From contig JAJPHT010000027.1 in the NCBI GenBank assembly GCA_021325135.1, positions 32,001 to 96,000 on the forward strand: DNA of 64,000 nt, read 5' to 3'. The DNA comes from Pseudomonadota bacterium. GTDB lineage: Archaea; Thermoplasmatota; SW-10-69-26; JACQPN01; JAJPHT01. Position 1 is the stretch's first letter; every line of letters starts with the position of its first letter. This document shows, piece by piece, positions 37,959-47,477 of the stretch. Position numbers and translations under genes: made by a program. A model generated the notes under the pieces. It did not search any database, was not told the DNA's origin, and saw only the letters and a list, made by a program, of their open reading frames with translations.

Positions 37959-38161
37959 GGGCAGGGTAGCCGGGACCTGGCTGAAAAAGGCATCCGGAGC
38001 GGAGGGGGATGCCAGGCGGGAGACTTGCCCTTCCCGCCTGGCTACGGGCACACCTCCTCGCCCGGCCGGGCGGACCGGCGTGGGCCGGGCCGCGCGACGC
38101 CGCCCCCAAGACGCCTCAAGGGGATAACCTCCGTTGGCGGGCCTTGCCGCGCCCCCGGTCA

Positions 38162-38178
38162 GCAAACTTCGCCAACAA
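38162..38178 (+). promoter_or_regulatory. GCAA-N7-MAACAA motif, copy 1 (others at 40122, 45045, 46752, 47115, 49146)
   Basis: Six exactly spaced copies, each upstream of a small-peptide gene in the RiPP locus. Confidence 0.75.
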
Positions 38179-38226
38179 TGTTGATCATGCACAGAACGCG
38201 TCGTTCTCCCTTGGAGGCATACCTCA

Positions 38227-38478
38227 ATGCTCCGACTTGCCATGATCGTGTTCGTGATTGCCTACGCCGTCTCTGGGCTGGGAATCGCTGCCGCGTCCGG
38301 GAACCCGGCCGTCCTGAGTCCTGTCATTGACAACGTCATCATTGACAACGTCAACGTGGAGCGTTTCGTCGAGATCCACTGCCCCATCCACGTGTCCTAC
38401 CTCTGCGGCGAATGCCCCCTGTCAAGCTCGGCCATCATGGGCGACCCCGTGGGCTACGTCGAGACGTGCGCGTGGTAA
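38227..38478 (+). CDS. Small secreted four-Cys peptide
   Basis: GGAGG SD, signal peptide, C-terminal Cys cluster. Confidence 0.7.
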   Translation: MLRLAMIVFVIAYAVSGLGIAAASGNPAVLSPVIDNVIIDNVNVERFVEIHCPIHVSYLCGECPLSSSAIMGDPVGYVETCAW

Positions 38479-38495
38479 GGCCTGGACGTGTCGCC

Positions 38496-40013
38496 ATGGG
38501 ACCCCGCTTCCTCCTGATCGTGGCCGCCCTGCTCGCCCTGGCGAGCCCGTGGGCCGCGGCAGGGGGGCGCCTGGACGCGCCCGTGGCAACCCTCATCGTC
38601 AAGGACAGCCACCCCGACTCCTGCGGCCTGCCCGGATTCTGTCCGGCCGAGGTCAACGCCTCGGCGGAGGACCCGGGCAACGCGACCGTCGACCTCTCGG
38701 ACCGCTTCGAGTACGTCGGCGTCGCCACCAACGACAGCCTCGTGGAGGACACCACGGGGTACCCGCTCCTGCCCGACTCCGGCCTCGTCGTCCACGGCCG
38801 CGACCTCTACGTCCGCCACCCGCTCACCAGCACGGCGACGCACGCCTACAACAACCACGTCCCGGACTACCCCGGGCGCGACCACGCGGGCGTCGAGATG
38901 AGCCCCCAGAACGTCACCCTCAACACGCCCGGCGTCGCCGGGAACCTCCAGACGACCTACCTCCCCTACAGCAACGACGGGGTGGGCTACGACCAGGAGG
39001 GCCCCTTCAACACGCCGGGCGGCAACGACACGGACACCTACCTGGGCCACCCTGAGCTGCCCTGCCACTACGTCGACACCGCCTCCTGCTGGGAGACGAG
39101 CGACGGCGCGGACGCCCAGCGCCGCAACGCGACGCCCGACGTGAACCTCGGCTTCTCCTTCAACACGACGCAGCTGGCCACCGACCCCGCGCGTCTCAAC
39201 GCGTCGAACCAGTCGGGCTCGTACCCCATTGGCCCCTCGGTCCCCCCCTGGTCCTACGAGGCGCCCCAGACGATCCCGCTCCCCCTGCCGGGCCAGGCCC
39301 CGATCCCCTCCCAGGCGCTCCCCCCGGCCCCGCCCCCGGCCTCTGCCCCCGCGGCGGCGCACGGCCGCGCGCCCGCGGGCGGCCCGCGCGCCTCGGTCGC
39401 GACCGCGCTCATCGCGCCCGCGGCGCCGCGCCTCGGCGCGGCCCCCCTCGTCGCGGGGCTCGTGGGCGGCAGCGTCGTGCAGGCGCTGCTGAGCCTCTAC
39501 TCCCGCATCGCGAGCCGCGAGGAGGTCCTGGACTCCCGGCCGCGCCGCGAGATCCTGGAGCGCGTCGGCGCGCACCGCGTCTGCTCGCTGGCCGAACTGA
39601 CGCGCGCGACGGGCATGAACCGCAACGCCGTCACGCACCACCTCCGCAAGCTCGCGGGCTTCGGCCTCGTCCGCCTCGTGCGCGAGGACCGCCAGCTCTT
39701 CGTCATGCCCGTGGGCGAGCCCGCCCCCGGCGGCGACGTGCCGCTGCGCGTCTCGCGCCACACGCTGCGCAGGCGCATCGTGGACGCGCTGGAGGCGCAG
39801 GGCGGGCAGATGGCCCGCGTCGCGCTCCACGATGCGCTCTCCGACGCGCCCGAGCGCACGCGCAACTACACGCTGCGCCGCATGGAGCAGCTTGGCGTGC
39901 TGCGAAGCTGGGAGGACGAGCGCGGCGAGCGCCACGTCGCCCTCGCGCGCGCCCCCGCGGCCTCCGCCCCCGGCGCGGCCCGCGGCGCGCTCTCCTCGCC
40001 CAACCACGTCTGA
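38496..40013 (+). CDS. Membrane-anchored winged-HTH regulator with extracellular domain
   Basis: Signal peptide, about 240-aa extracellular domain, Pro/Ala linker, TM, LYSRI..EVLD..RREIL..HHLRKL..GLV, second wHTH. Confidence 0.8.
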   Translation: MGPRFLLIVAALLALASPWAAAGGRLDAPVATLIVKDSHPDSCGLPGFCPAEVNASAEDPGNATVDLSDRFEYVGVATNDSLVEDTTGYPLLPDSGLVVHGRDLYVRHPLTSTATHAYNNHVPDYPGRDHAGVEMSPQNVTLNTPGVAGNLQTTYLPYSNDGVGYDQEGPFNTPGGNDTDTYLGHPELPCHYVDTASCWETSDGADAQRRNATPDVNLGFSFNTTQLATDPARLNASNQSGSYPIGPSVPPWSYEAPQTIPLPLPGQAPIPSQALPPAPPPASAPAAAHGRAPAGGPRASVATALIAPAAPRLGAAPLVAGLVGGSVVQALLSLYSRIASREEVLDSRPRREILERVGAHRVCSLAELTRATGMNRNAVTHHLRKLAGFGLVRLVREDRQLFVMPVGEPAPGGDVPLRVSRHTLRRRIVDALEAQGGQMARVALHDALSDAPERTRNYTLRRMEQLGVLRSWEDERGERHVALARAPAASAPGAARGALSSPNHV

Positions 40014-40231
40014 GCCCGATAACGGCCCGTGCGTTTTGATATCAGATTTGCCTTAGCCGCGGCCCCGGGCCCCTTTTCGGATCGCCTCGGGGCGCCCGGG
40101 GGCCCGGAAAGGCGCCTCGCGGCAACCGTGGACAACAATCGGCGCGCGAAATATCCATGTACGTGACGCCTATACGGAGTGGGTCGCGCCCGCGGCGGTC
40201 GCCCGGACGCACCATCTCAGAGGTTTCGCCT

Positions 40232-40585
40232 ATGGGTGTCAAGAAGAAGCTGAAGGCTCGAGACATCGAGCAGCTGGAGAACACGAGCATCGCGTCCGCC
40301 CTCGTCGGGAACGAGATTCTCGACGTGAACAGGCTCGTCAACGTGGACATCATCAAGACGACCTGTCAGCAGGACTCGGTCTGCGAAGAGACGGTGGAGT
40401 GCGTCGTGGTCATCACGTGCGGCTTCACGAGCTGCGTCAACACCTGCTGCCACAACTGCAGCGTCGGCACGTGCTTCTGCACCGCGGCCTGCACGCTGGT
40501 GAGCTGCGACGCCGGCACGGTCTGCGCCTGCACCAAGGGCGACTCGTGCAACGACGGCTCGGTGTGCGTCGCCCCCACCGGATAG
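40232..40585 (+). CDS. RiPP precursor A1 (117 aa, 16 Cys)
   Basis: Leader KKKLKARDIEQLENTSIAS; Cys/Thr/Ser-dense core; GAGGT SD. Confidence 0.88.
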   Translation: MGVKKKLKARDIEQLENTSIASALVGNEILDVNRLVNVDIIKTTCQQDSVCEETVECVVVITCGFTSCVNTCCHNCSVGTCFCTAACTLVSCDAGTVCACTKGDSCNDGSVCVAPTG

Positions 40586-40667
40586 ACCTGCCCCCACGAC
40601 GTGAGAAGCATGCAGACACCCTCCTCGCCCGCACGCTCATCCGCTCCCCTTCCGGAGGACGCCCTCC

Positions 40668-41573
40668 TTGCCTGAGATCGGCGTCCTCGACTTCGGCCTC
40701 CACGAGCCTGGCGACGCCCAGCGCTCGCTGCGCAACACCATCGCCCTCGCCCAGGGCGTCGAGCCCCTGGGCTTCTCCTCCTTCTGGGTGACGGAGCACC
40801 ACCAGGAGGGCTACGCGCAGGCCAGCCCCTCCGTGCTCGCCGCCGCCGTCGCCGCCTCCACGCGCCACATCCAGGTGGGCGTGGGCGGCGTCCTCCTGCC
40901 CTACCACCCCCCCTACCGCGTCGCCGGCGACTTCCGCCTCCTCTCGGCCCTCTACCCCGGGCGCATCCACCTGGGCGTGGGCCGCGGACCCGGCGCCGGG
41001 CCCGAGGTCATCCGCGAGCTCGTCCCCGAGGGCACGCCGGTCTCCGACCCCGCCTTCTTCGAGGCCCACGCGCGACGCCTCCTGGAGCTTCTCCACGACG
41101 AGGACCCCGCCGTGCGCGTGCGCCCCGAAGCGGCCGCGCCCCCCATGTGGGTCCTCGGGCGCAGCCCCGAGGCCGCGGCCTTCGCCGGGCGCCTGGGCGT
41201 CGGCTACGCCTACCCCGAGTTCATCATCCCCGACGACCCCGCCGGCTCCCGCACGGGGCGCTGCTTCGACGCGTACCGCCGCGCGTTCACGCCGCGCCCA
41301 GGCTCCGAGAAGCCCCGCGCCTGCCTGGGCATCACGGCGTACTGCGCCGCGCCCGGCGAGCCCGTGCCCGCGGCGTCCGACGCCAACGTGCACGGCACCG
41401 CCGCCCAGTGCCGCGCGGACATCCGCGAGCGCATCGAGCGCCTCGACCTCGACCTCCTCCTGCTGGGCACGCTGCGCAGCCTCTCCCTGGAGAGGCAGGT
41501 GGCCAACCTCGGCCGCCTCGCCCGGGCCCTCCGTCTCCCCCAGAACCTCCCCCCGCAACGGGTGACCCCATGA
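40668..41573 (+). CDS. Luciferase-like (LLM) flavin-dependent oxidoreductase 1
   Basis: FWVTEHH, GVGGVLLP, PGRIHLGVGRG. Confidence 0.88.
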   Translation: MPEIGVLDFGLHEPGDAQRSLRNTIALAQGVEPLGFSSFWVTEHHQEGYAQASPSVLAAAVAASTRHIQVGVGGVLLPYHPPYRVAGDFRLLSALYPGRIHLGVGRGPGAGPEVIRELVPEGTPVSDPAFFEAHARRLLELLHDEDPAVRVRPEAAAPPMWVLGRSPEAAAFAGRLGVGYAYPEFIIPDDPAGSRTGRCFDAYRRAFTPRPGSEKPRACLGITAYCAAPGEPVPAASDANVHGTAAQCRADIRERIERLDLDLLLLGTLRSLSLERQVANLGRLARALRLPQNLPPQRVTP

Positions 41574-42709
41574 CTGCCGCCACCACCTCCGCACCCGCAC
41601 GCCGAAACGCGACCCTGGACAGCCTGCCCGACATCCTCGTGAAGCGCGGGCTCGTCGACCGCGCGCGCTTCGTGGACAGCTACGTCTCCATCGAGGACCG
41701 CTCGCGCCGCAACCGCAACTTCAAGGTCGTCGTGCCCGACGGCCCCAAGCTCCTCGTGAAGCAGGGCTCGGAGGGGGCCAACGGAAGCTGGGCCGCCGTC
41801 GAGAGCGAGGCGCGCCTGCTGCGCACCGCCGCCACCGACCCCGCGTTCGCCTCCATCCGCTGGTTCTCGCCCAAGATCGTCGACTACGACGAGGAGAACC
41901 AGATCCTCGCCACCGAGCTGATCCAGCCCGCGACGACGCTCACCAAGTACCACGTGAACCTGGGCAACATCCACTTCCCCTCCGAGGCCGGCGACACGCT
42001 GGGCCGCCTCGTCGCCTCGTGGCACAACGCCGCGCGCAAGGCGTGGAAGGGGGGCCGCCTGGAGTACGTCCACCGCTCGCAGCCCTTCGTCGCGCCCACG
42101 CTGGAGCAGCTTCGCCGCGCGCCCGCCCAGCCCACCGACGTCCGCTCGTCGTACCTCAAGCTCGTCAAGGAGATCGTGCCCTACGAGCGCCACGTCGCGC
42201 AGATCGCCGAGTGGGAGAAGGAGCACAAGGGCGTCGGCCACGGCGACATCCGCTGGGACAACGTCCTCATCACCGAGGGCGGCGGCCGCGGCGGCAACAT
42301 GAACTTCCGCCTCATCGACTGGGAGATGGCCTACGTGGGCGACCCCGCGTGGGACGTCGCGTGCTACCTGGGCGAGTACCTGCGCCTCTGGTTCATGAGC
42401 ACGCTGGGGCGGCAGGTCACCAGCGTCGCGGAGGTGGAGTCCAAGGCGAAGTTCAAGCTCGCCGACACGCACGAGTCCATCGCCGCCTTCCTCGACAGCT
42501 ACAGCCGGAAGTCGGAGATCGCCGCAGGCAAGAGGCCCAACCTCGTGCCGCGCCTCCACGCCTACCTCCCCTACGTCGTGCTGCTCATCTGCTACGAGTC
42601 GCTCCAGCGCCAGGCCCAGTTCCCGCCGGTCTGCAAGGTCGCCATCGAGATGGCCCGCGACGCGATCGAGGACCCCCAGACGAAGCACCACGAGTGGTTC
42701 GGCCTTTGA
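41570..42709 (+). CDS. APH-family kinase (LanK-like Ser/Thr kinase)
   Basis: LLVKQ, HGDIRWDNVLI, LIDWE, GDPAWDVA; ATGA coupling to the upstream gene. Confidence 0.88.
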   Translation: MTAATTSAPARRNATLDSLPDILVKRGLVDRARFVDSYVSIEDRSRRNRNFKVVVPDGPKLLVKQGSEGANGSWAAVESEARLLRTAATDPAFASIRWFSPKIVDYDEENQILATELIQPATTLTKYHVNLGNIHFPSEAGDTLGRLVASWHNAARKAWKGGRLEYVHRSQPFVAPTLEQLRRAPAQPTDVRSSYLKLVKEIVPYERHVAQIAEWEKEHKGVGHGDIRWDNVLITEGGGRGGNMNFRLIDWEMAYVGDPAWDVACYLGEYLRLWFMSTLGRQVTSVAEVESKAKFKLADTHESIAAFLDSYSRKSEIAAGKRPNLVPRLHAYLPYVVLLICYESLQRQAQFPPVCKVAIEMARDAIEDPQTKHHEWFGL

Positions 42710-42719
42710 GGTGATTGTC

Positions 42720-43727
42720 ATGAATCCTGTCCAAAAGCTCTGCGAAGAGGTCTCGTTCGTCTCCGAGACGCGCGTCCGCATCCGAACCATGGAGATCGAC
42801 GGCGAGCGCCTCCAGAACCGCTTCACGAAGTCCGTCGAGGGCTACCCCGCCATCGTGGGGGGCCTGGCCCAGCTCGTCTACGACGAGTTCTACTGCGAGC
42901 GCGACCCGGGCCGCGGCGCCTACGCGTTCGTGGAGGACCGCATCCTGCGCGACGAGTTCCACCTCGCGCTGCGCCGCGCCAGCGCCTCGCGCCACATCTG
43001 GACCTCCGGATGGACGCAGGAGGCGGACCAGGGGGACAAGCTCCTCCTGCGCAACCGCAACGGCGCCGCCGTGCTCGCGAACCGGGACGCCGTGCGCCCC
43101 GCCGCCGACGGGACGATGGCCGTGAAGGTCACGCCCGACTCCGTGCCCACGCAGGCCGGGTGGGTCTACTTCTTCGGCGAGACGGCCCACCCCGCCGAGG
43201 CCCAGACGACGGTCCGGCTCTACTGGAACCTCTGCGCGCAGGGCGCCGTGCCCTTCGCGGGGACGCTCACGCGCGTCCTCAACAAGGCCGAGGTCCCCTT
43301 CCAGATGAAGGTCGTCGAGGACCCGCAAGGGTTCCGCCGCGCGGACGGCGGCGTGCTCTACGTGCCCCAGACGAGCTGGGACGCGCTGCGCGCGAACCTC
43401 CCCGAGATCTACGCGCAGATCGGCCCCTACCTCAAGCGGAAGACGCCCCTCTTCGCGCTGGAGATGGCGCCCGGCCTGGGCCTCGCGGAGGACCCCGGCA
43501 ACGGCGAGAGCTTCGGCATGTCCCGCTCGCGCCTCGTCGCGGAGGGCCTCTACGACGCGCTCAACGTCGGCGCGACCGACGCCGACGCGCGCCGCGAGGC
43601 CATCGAGCGCCGCTTCTCCCGCGCCGGGCTCGACCCCGCGCGCCCCCACCTCAACCCCGGAAGCCGCGCCGAGTACGTCGCGGCCCTTCCCGCGAACCCC
43701 ATCCTTGCCCTGGGTGACCTGCCATGA
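42720..43727 (+). CDS. HopA1-family phosphoSer/Thr lyase (LanY-like)
   Basis: VRLYWNL, VPFQMKV, RADGGVLY, PGLGLAEDP..GESFGMSR. Confidence 0.88.
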   Translation: MNPVQKLCEEVSFVSETRVRIRTMEIDGERLQNRFTKSVEGYPAIVGGLAQLVYDEFYCERDPGRGAYAFVEDRILRDEFHLALRRASASRHIWTSGWTQEADQGDKLLLRNRNGAAVLANRDAVRPAADGTMAVKVTPDSVPTQAGWVYFFGETAHPAEAQTTVRLYWNLCAQGAVPFAGTLTRVLNKAEVPFQMKVVEDPQGFRRADGGVLYVPQTSWDALRANLPEIYAQIGPYLKRKTPLFALEMAPGLGLAEDPGNGESFGMSRSRLVAEGLYDALNVGATDADARREAIERRFSRAGLDPARPHLNPGSRAEYVAALPANPILALGDLP

Positions 43728-45040
43728 GCATCTACCTCGAGAACGCCGCCGCCATCGCCGACCAGCTCTGCGAGGACGCCCACGTGGCCAACGGCCGCGC
43801 CAACTGGGTGTCCCGCTCCGTGCCCTACGCCCAGCGCAGGCCCGACGGGAAGTCCCCCGACCTCCTGCCCGCGCTGGAGCCGCTCAACCCGTCGTTCTAT
43901 TCTGGGACCGCGGGCATCGCGGTCTTCCTCGCGCGCCTCCACCAGTACACCAAGGACCCGCGCCACGCGCGCATGGCGAAGGCGGCCATCCGCCACTCCA
44001 TCGAGCACGCCTTCGACGTGGTCCCCGCCTCCGAGCGGCCCATGCCCATCGGCACGAGCTGGCAGAAGGGGTTCTACATCGGCAGCATGGGCATCGCGTG
44101 GGCCACCGAGGAGGTCGGCCGCGCGCTGGGCTCCGACGACATCCGCCGCGAGGGGCGCAGCCTCTTCGCGCGCGTCGCCAGCGAGCCCTCCGCCACCGAG
44201 TTCGACCTCATGTTCGGCGTCGCGGGCTCCGTCGCCGCGTCGCTGAGCCTCGCCGAGCAGGGCTACCAGGGCGCCCAGGAGTTCGCCGTGGCCATGGGCG
44301 ACTGGCTCCTCTCCAACGCGCGCAAGGAGGAGCAGGGCTGGTCGTGGCTCGGCTACGGCTCGTCGCCCAACGCGCCCGCGCTGCTGGGCCTCAGCCACGG
44401 CACCTCCGGCGTCGCGGTCGTGATGCAGCGCCTCTACGAGGCCACCAAGGACGAGCGCTACCTGGAGGCGGTGGAGCAGTCCATCGCCTACGAGCGCGCG
44501 AAGTTCGACGCGCAGGAGGGCAACTGGCCCCACTTCGGCATCCCCGCGCAGCAGGACGGGCGGCCCGGCTTCTTCTCCACCTGGTGCCACGGCGCGCCCG
44601 GTGTCGGCCTCGCCCGCGCCTTCCTCTACCCCCGGATGCGCGACGCGCGCATGCTCGACGAGATCCGCGACGCGTGGAAGAACACCGTGCGCTCCGTGGA
44701 GCTGGACCTGGAGCGGCCCGGACGCGACTTCCAGTACTGCCACGGCGTGGGCGGCAACACCGAGTGCCTCTGGGAGATGGCCAGCGTCCTCGACCCCGCC
44801 AAGGGCGCCAAGCTCGCGCGCGACGTCGCGCAGTACGGCGTCGAGCGCTACGGCAAGGGCGCGGCGGGCAAGTGGGGCGGGTGGGCCGGCTGGCCGACGG
44901 CCGTCTCGCACCGCTACCACCCGCCGCTGATCACCGGCCTCGCGGGCGTCGGGTACTTCCTGCTGCGGGTCCACGACCCGGCCCGCGTGCCCACCGTCCT
45001 GCTGCCCGCCGTCTCCATGGACTACGCCGCTGCGCGTTAG
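43724..45040 (+). CDS. Stand-alone LanC-type lanthionine cyclase
   Basis: YSGTAG, GLSHGTSG, WCHGAPG, YCHG (Zn ligands Cys/Cys/His), TGLAGVGY. Confidence 0.92.
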   Translation: MSIYLENAAAIADQLCEDAHVANGRANWVSRSVPYAQRRPDGKSPDLLPALEPLNPSFYSGTAGIAVFLARLHQYTKDPRHARMAKAAIRHSIEHAFDVVPASERPMPIGTSWQKGFYIGSMGIAWATEEVGRALGSDDIRREGRSLFARVASEPSATEFDLMFGVAGSVAASLSLAEQGYQGAQEFAVAMGDWLLSNARKEEQGWSWLGYGSSPNAPALLGLSHGTSGVAVVMQRLYEATKDERYLEAVEQSIAYERAKFDAQEGNWPHFGIPAQQDGRPGFFSTWCHGAPGVGLARAFLYPRMRDARMLDEIRDAWKNTVRSVELDLERPGRDFQYCHGVGGNTECLWEMASVLDPAKGAKLARDVAQYGVERYGKGAAGKWGGWAGWPTAVSHRYHPPLITGLAGVGYFLLRVHDPARVPTVLLPAVSMDYAAAR

Positions 45041-45126
45041 CCAGGCAAGGTCCGCAAACAATGGAGAAGTAGGCTCGGGACGCTATCCGGCGGGGCAGAT
45101 CGCTGCCCCGTTTCAGAGGTTCGCCT

Positions 45127-45486
45127 ATGGGTGTCAAGAAGAAGCTGAAGGCTCGAGACATCGAGCAGCTGGAGAACACGAGCATCGCGTCCGCCCTCAT
45201 CGGGAACGAGATCCTCGACGTGAACAGACTGGTCAACGTCGACATCCTCAAGACGACGTGCCAGAAGGATTCCGTGTGCGAGGAGACCGTGGAGTGCGTC
45301 GTCGTCGTCACGTGCGGCATCACGAGCTGCCTCAACACGTGTTGCCACGATTGCAGCTTCGGCACGTGCGTCTGCACGCAGGCGTGCACGGCCATCAGCT
45401 GCGACGCGGGCACGCTGTGCGCTTGCACGAAGGAGAACACGTGCAACAACGGCTCCGTGTGCGTCGCCCCCACCGGATCGTTCTAG
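45127..45486 (+). CDS. RiPP precursor A2 (119 aa, 16 Cys)
   Basis: Paralog of A1 with all Cys positions conserved. Confidence 0.88.
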   Translation: MGVKKKLKARDIEQLENTSIASALIGNEILDVNRLVNVDILKTTCQKDSVCEETVECVVVVTCGITSCLNTCCHDCSFGTCVCTQACTAISCDAGTLCACTKENTCNNGSVCVAPTGSF

Positions 45487-45550
45487 GCTTGCCCCCTTCC
45501 AGCCCGAACACCTCCACCTTTCCCCCCTTGCCCCTTGCTGGTGACCGACG

Positions 45551-46522
45551 ATGGACGTAGGAATCCTCGACTTCGGAACGCGACGCGACCGATCCGACCC
45601 CCGGAGCCGGATGGAGCTCATGCTGGAGCGCGCGCTGCGCGCCGAGGCGTTGGGCTTCGACGAGTTCTGGGTCACGGAGCATCACAATCCCGAGGCCCAC
45701 CACTCGGCGCCCCTCGTCGCCATCACCTACCTCGCCTCCCGCACCACGACGCTGCGCGTCGGCTCGGGCGGCATCCTCCTCCCCTACGTGAGCCCGTACC
45801 GCGTGGCGGAGGACTTCTTCGCCCTCCACTCCCTCTTCCCCGGCCGCATCGAGCTTGGCGTGGGGCCCGGCCCCGGGACGTACCCGGAGGCCGTGCGCGC
45901 CATCCTGGATCGCGCGCCCTCCGAGCCGCCGCAGGGCGAGTACCACCAGAAGGCGCGCCGCCTGGCGTCGTACCTGCGCCGCGAGACGCCCGAAGGCTTC
46001 GAAGGCCTGGAGCCCACGCCGCCCGTGGAGGCCAAGGCCCCGCCCCTCACCATCCTGGGCGTGAGCAAGCGCGCGGTGGACCTCGCCATCGAGCTGGACG
46101 CGAGCTTCACCTACGGCTTCTTCATCGCCGACCCCGACCCCCTCTACTCGCGGGCCCACGAGATCCTCTCCGACTTCCGCGCCCGCCGCCGCAGCGCGGG
46201 CCAGCGCGCGGGCGTCGCCTTCATGGCGCTGGCCGGGCGCAACGAGGCGCAGGCCGCCGAGTGGGAGCGCGTGAACCGCGGCACCGGCAGCCGCGGCCAC
46301 CTCTTCGTGGGCTCCGTGAAGCAGGTCCGCACGGAGTTCGAGGAGCTTCGCGCGGCCCTCCAGCCGGACCTCGCCCTCCTGGGCATGAGCCCCGGCGTCC
46401 CCCACGCCCACCAGATGCTGTCCATCGAGGGGCTCGCGAAGGCGCTCCTCCCCGGCCAGAGCCGCAAGCAGGCGCCCGAGCCGCCCCTCGCCGTCGCACG
46501 CACACAGGAGAGCATGACATGA
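45551..46522 (+). CDS. Luciferase-like (LLM) oxidoreductase 2
   Basis: FWVTEHH, GSGGILLP, PGRIELGVG. Confidence 0.88.
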   Translation: MDVGILDFGTRRDRSDPRSRMELMLERALRAEALGFDEFWVTEHHNPEAHHSAPLVAITYLASRTTTLRVGSGGILLPYVSPYRVAEDFFALHSLFPGRIELGVGPGPGTYPEAVRAILDRAPSEPPQGEYHQKARRLASYLRRETPEGFEGLEPTPPVEAKAPPLTILGVSKRAVDLAIELDASFTYGFFIADPDPLYSRAHEILSDFRARRRSAGQRAGVAFMALAGRNEAQAAEWERVNRGTGSRGHLFVGSVKQVRTEFEELRAALQPDLALLGMSPGVPHAHQMLSIEGLAKALLPGQSRKQAPEPPLAVARTQESMT

Positions 46523-46725
46523 AGCGAAGGCTGACCGCCAAGGATGTGGAATCGCTGGAGAACACGAGCATCGGAGGATCCCTCGGCGTCCTCGACGTCG
46601 GCGTGGTCGACGCCGTCGTCACCCCCAACGTCTGCGCTGCCGGACCGGGCCCCGTCGGCCCGATCTGGGACGAGGTGACGGCGTGCATCTGCCGCTACTC
46701 GTGCGGCTACCGGAGCTACGCGTGA
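46519..46725 (+). CDS. RiPP precursor B1 (68 aa, 4 Cys, divergent core)
   Basis: MKRRLTAKDVESLENTSIGG leader; hidden at the end of a longer spurious ORF in the track. Confidence 0.85.
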   Translation: MKRRLTAKDVESLENTSIGGSLGVLDVGVVDAVVTPNVCAAGPGPVGPIWDEVTACICRYSCGYRSYA

Positions 46726-46815
46726 GCCGGCAAGGGGACGCTCGGTCGCTGGCAACCGTCGCCAACAAGCGTTAGGCGACTGCGCCCCCATGGCGCAGCC
46801 ACAGGAGAGGCTGTC

Positions 46816-47100
46816 ATGAAGCGAAGGCTGAGCGCGAAGGACGTCGAGTCGCTGGAGAACACGAGCATCGGAGGCGTCCTGGGCCTCCTTGACGTCGGGA
46901 CGGCCGTCGGCGTCTACCCCGGGTTCGTCTGCGTCGGCCACACGTCGCCCCCCTGCCGGCAGGACACGACCATCGGCGTCCCGTGCCCGGTCGCCTCCGT
47001 CTGCGGCGAGACGGCGCCCTGCACCGTCGTGGTCTGCCCCGACACGTGCGCCGACACCTGCTGCGCCCACAGCGACGTGATCCGCCCCCTGGAGCCGTAG
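46816..47100 (+). CDS. RiPP precursor B2 (94 aa, 9 Cys)
   Basis: Shared leader; Cys/Thr core. Confidence 0.88.
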   Translation: MKRRLSAKDVESLENTSIGGVLGLLDVGTAVGVYPGFVCVGHTSPPCRQDTTIGVPCPVASVCGETAPCTVVVCPDTCADTCCAHSDVIRPLEP

Positions 47101-47177
47101 GCGCAGAGGCCTCGGCAAGGGTCGGCAACAAGCGTTAGGCATCCAGTTTCCCATCGGGCGCCCACAGGAGAGGTTGC

Positions 47178-47456
47178 ATGAAGCGAAGGCTGAACGCGAA
47201 GGACGTCGAGTCGCTGGAGAACACGAGCATCGGAAGCGTCCTGGGCGTCATCGACACCGGCGTCGCCGACAAGCTCCTCACGGGCATCGTGTGCGCCGCC
47301 AACACGACGCCCATCTGCGATCACGGGACGGCCTGCCCCGTCGACTCGGTCTGCCACGAGACGGCGGAATGCACCATCGTCGTCTGCACCAACTCGTGCC
47401 ACGACACCTGCTGCGCCTACGACAGCACGAACCTGTTCCGGCCCCTGGGGCCGTAG
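47178..47456 (+). CDS. RiPP precursor B3 (92 aa, 9 Cys)
   Basis: Shared leader; Cys/Thr core. Confidence 0.88.
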   Translation: MKRRLNAKDVESLENTSIGSVLGVIDTGVADKLLTGIVCAANTTPICDHGTACPVDSVCHETAECTIVVCTNSCHDTCCAYDSTNLFRPLGP

Positions 47457-47477
47457 GTTGACCGGAGGAATGACCAC

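Noticed and set aside
40232-45486. A1/A2 as metallothioneins
   Set aside because: Conserved leader shared with four other peptides, conserved Ser/Thr, and adjacency to dehydratase/cyclase genes favour RiPP precursors; not formally excluded
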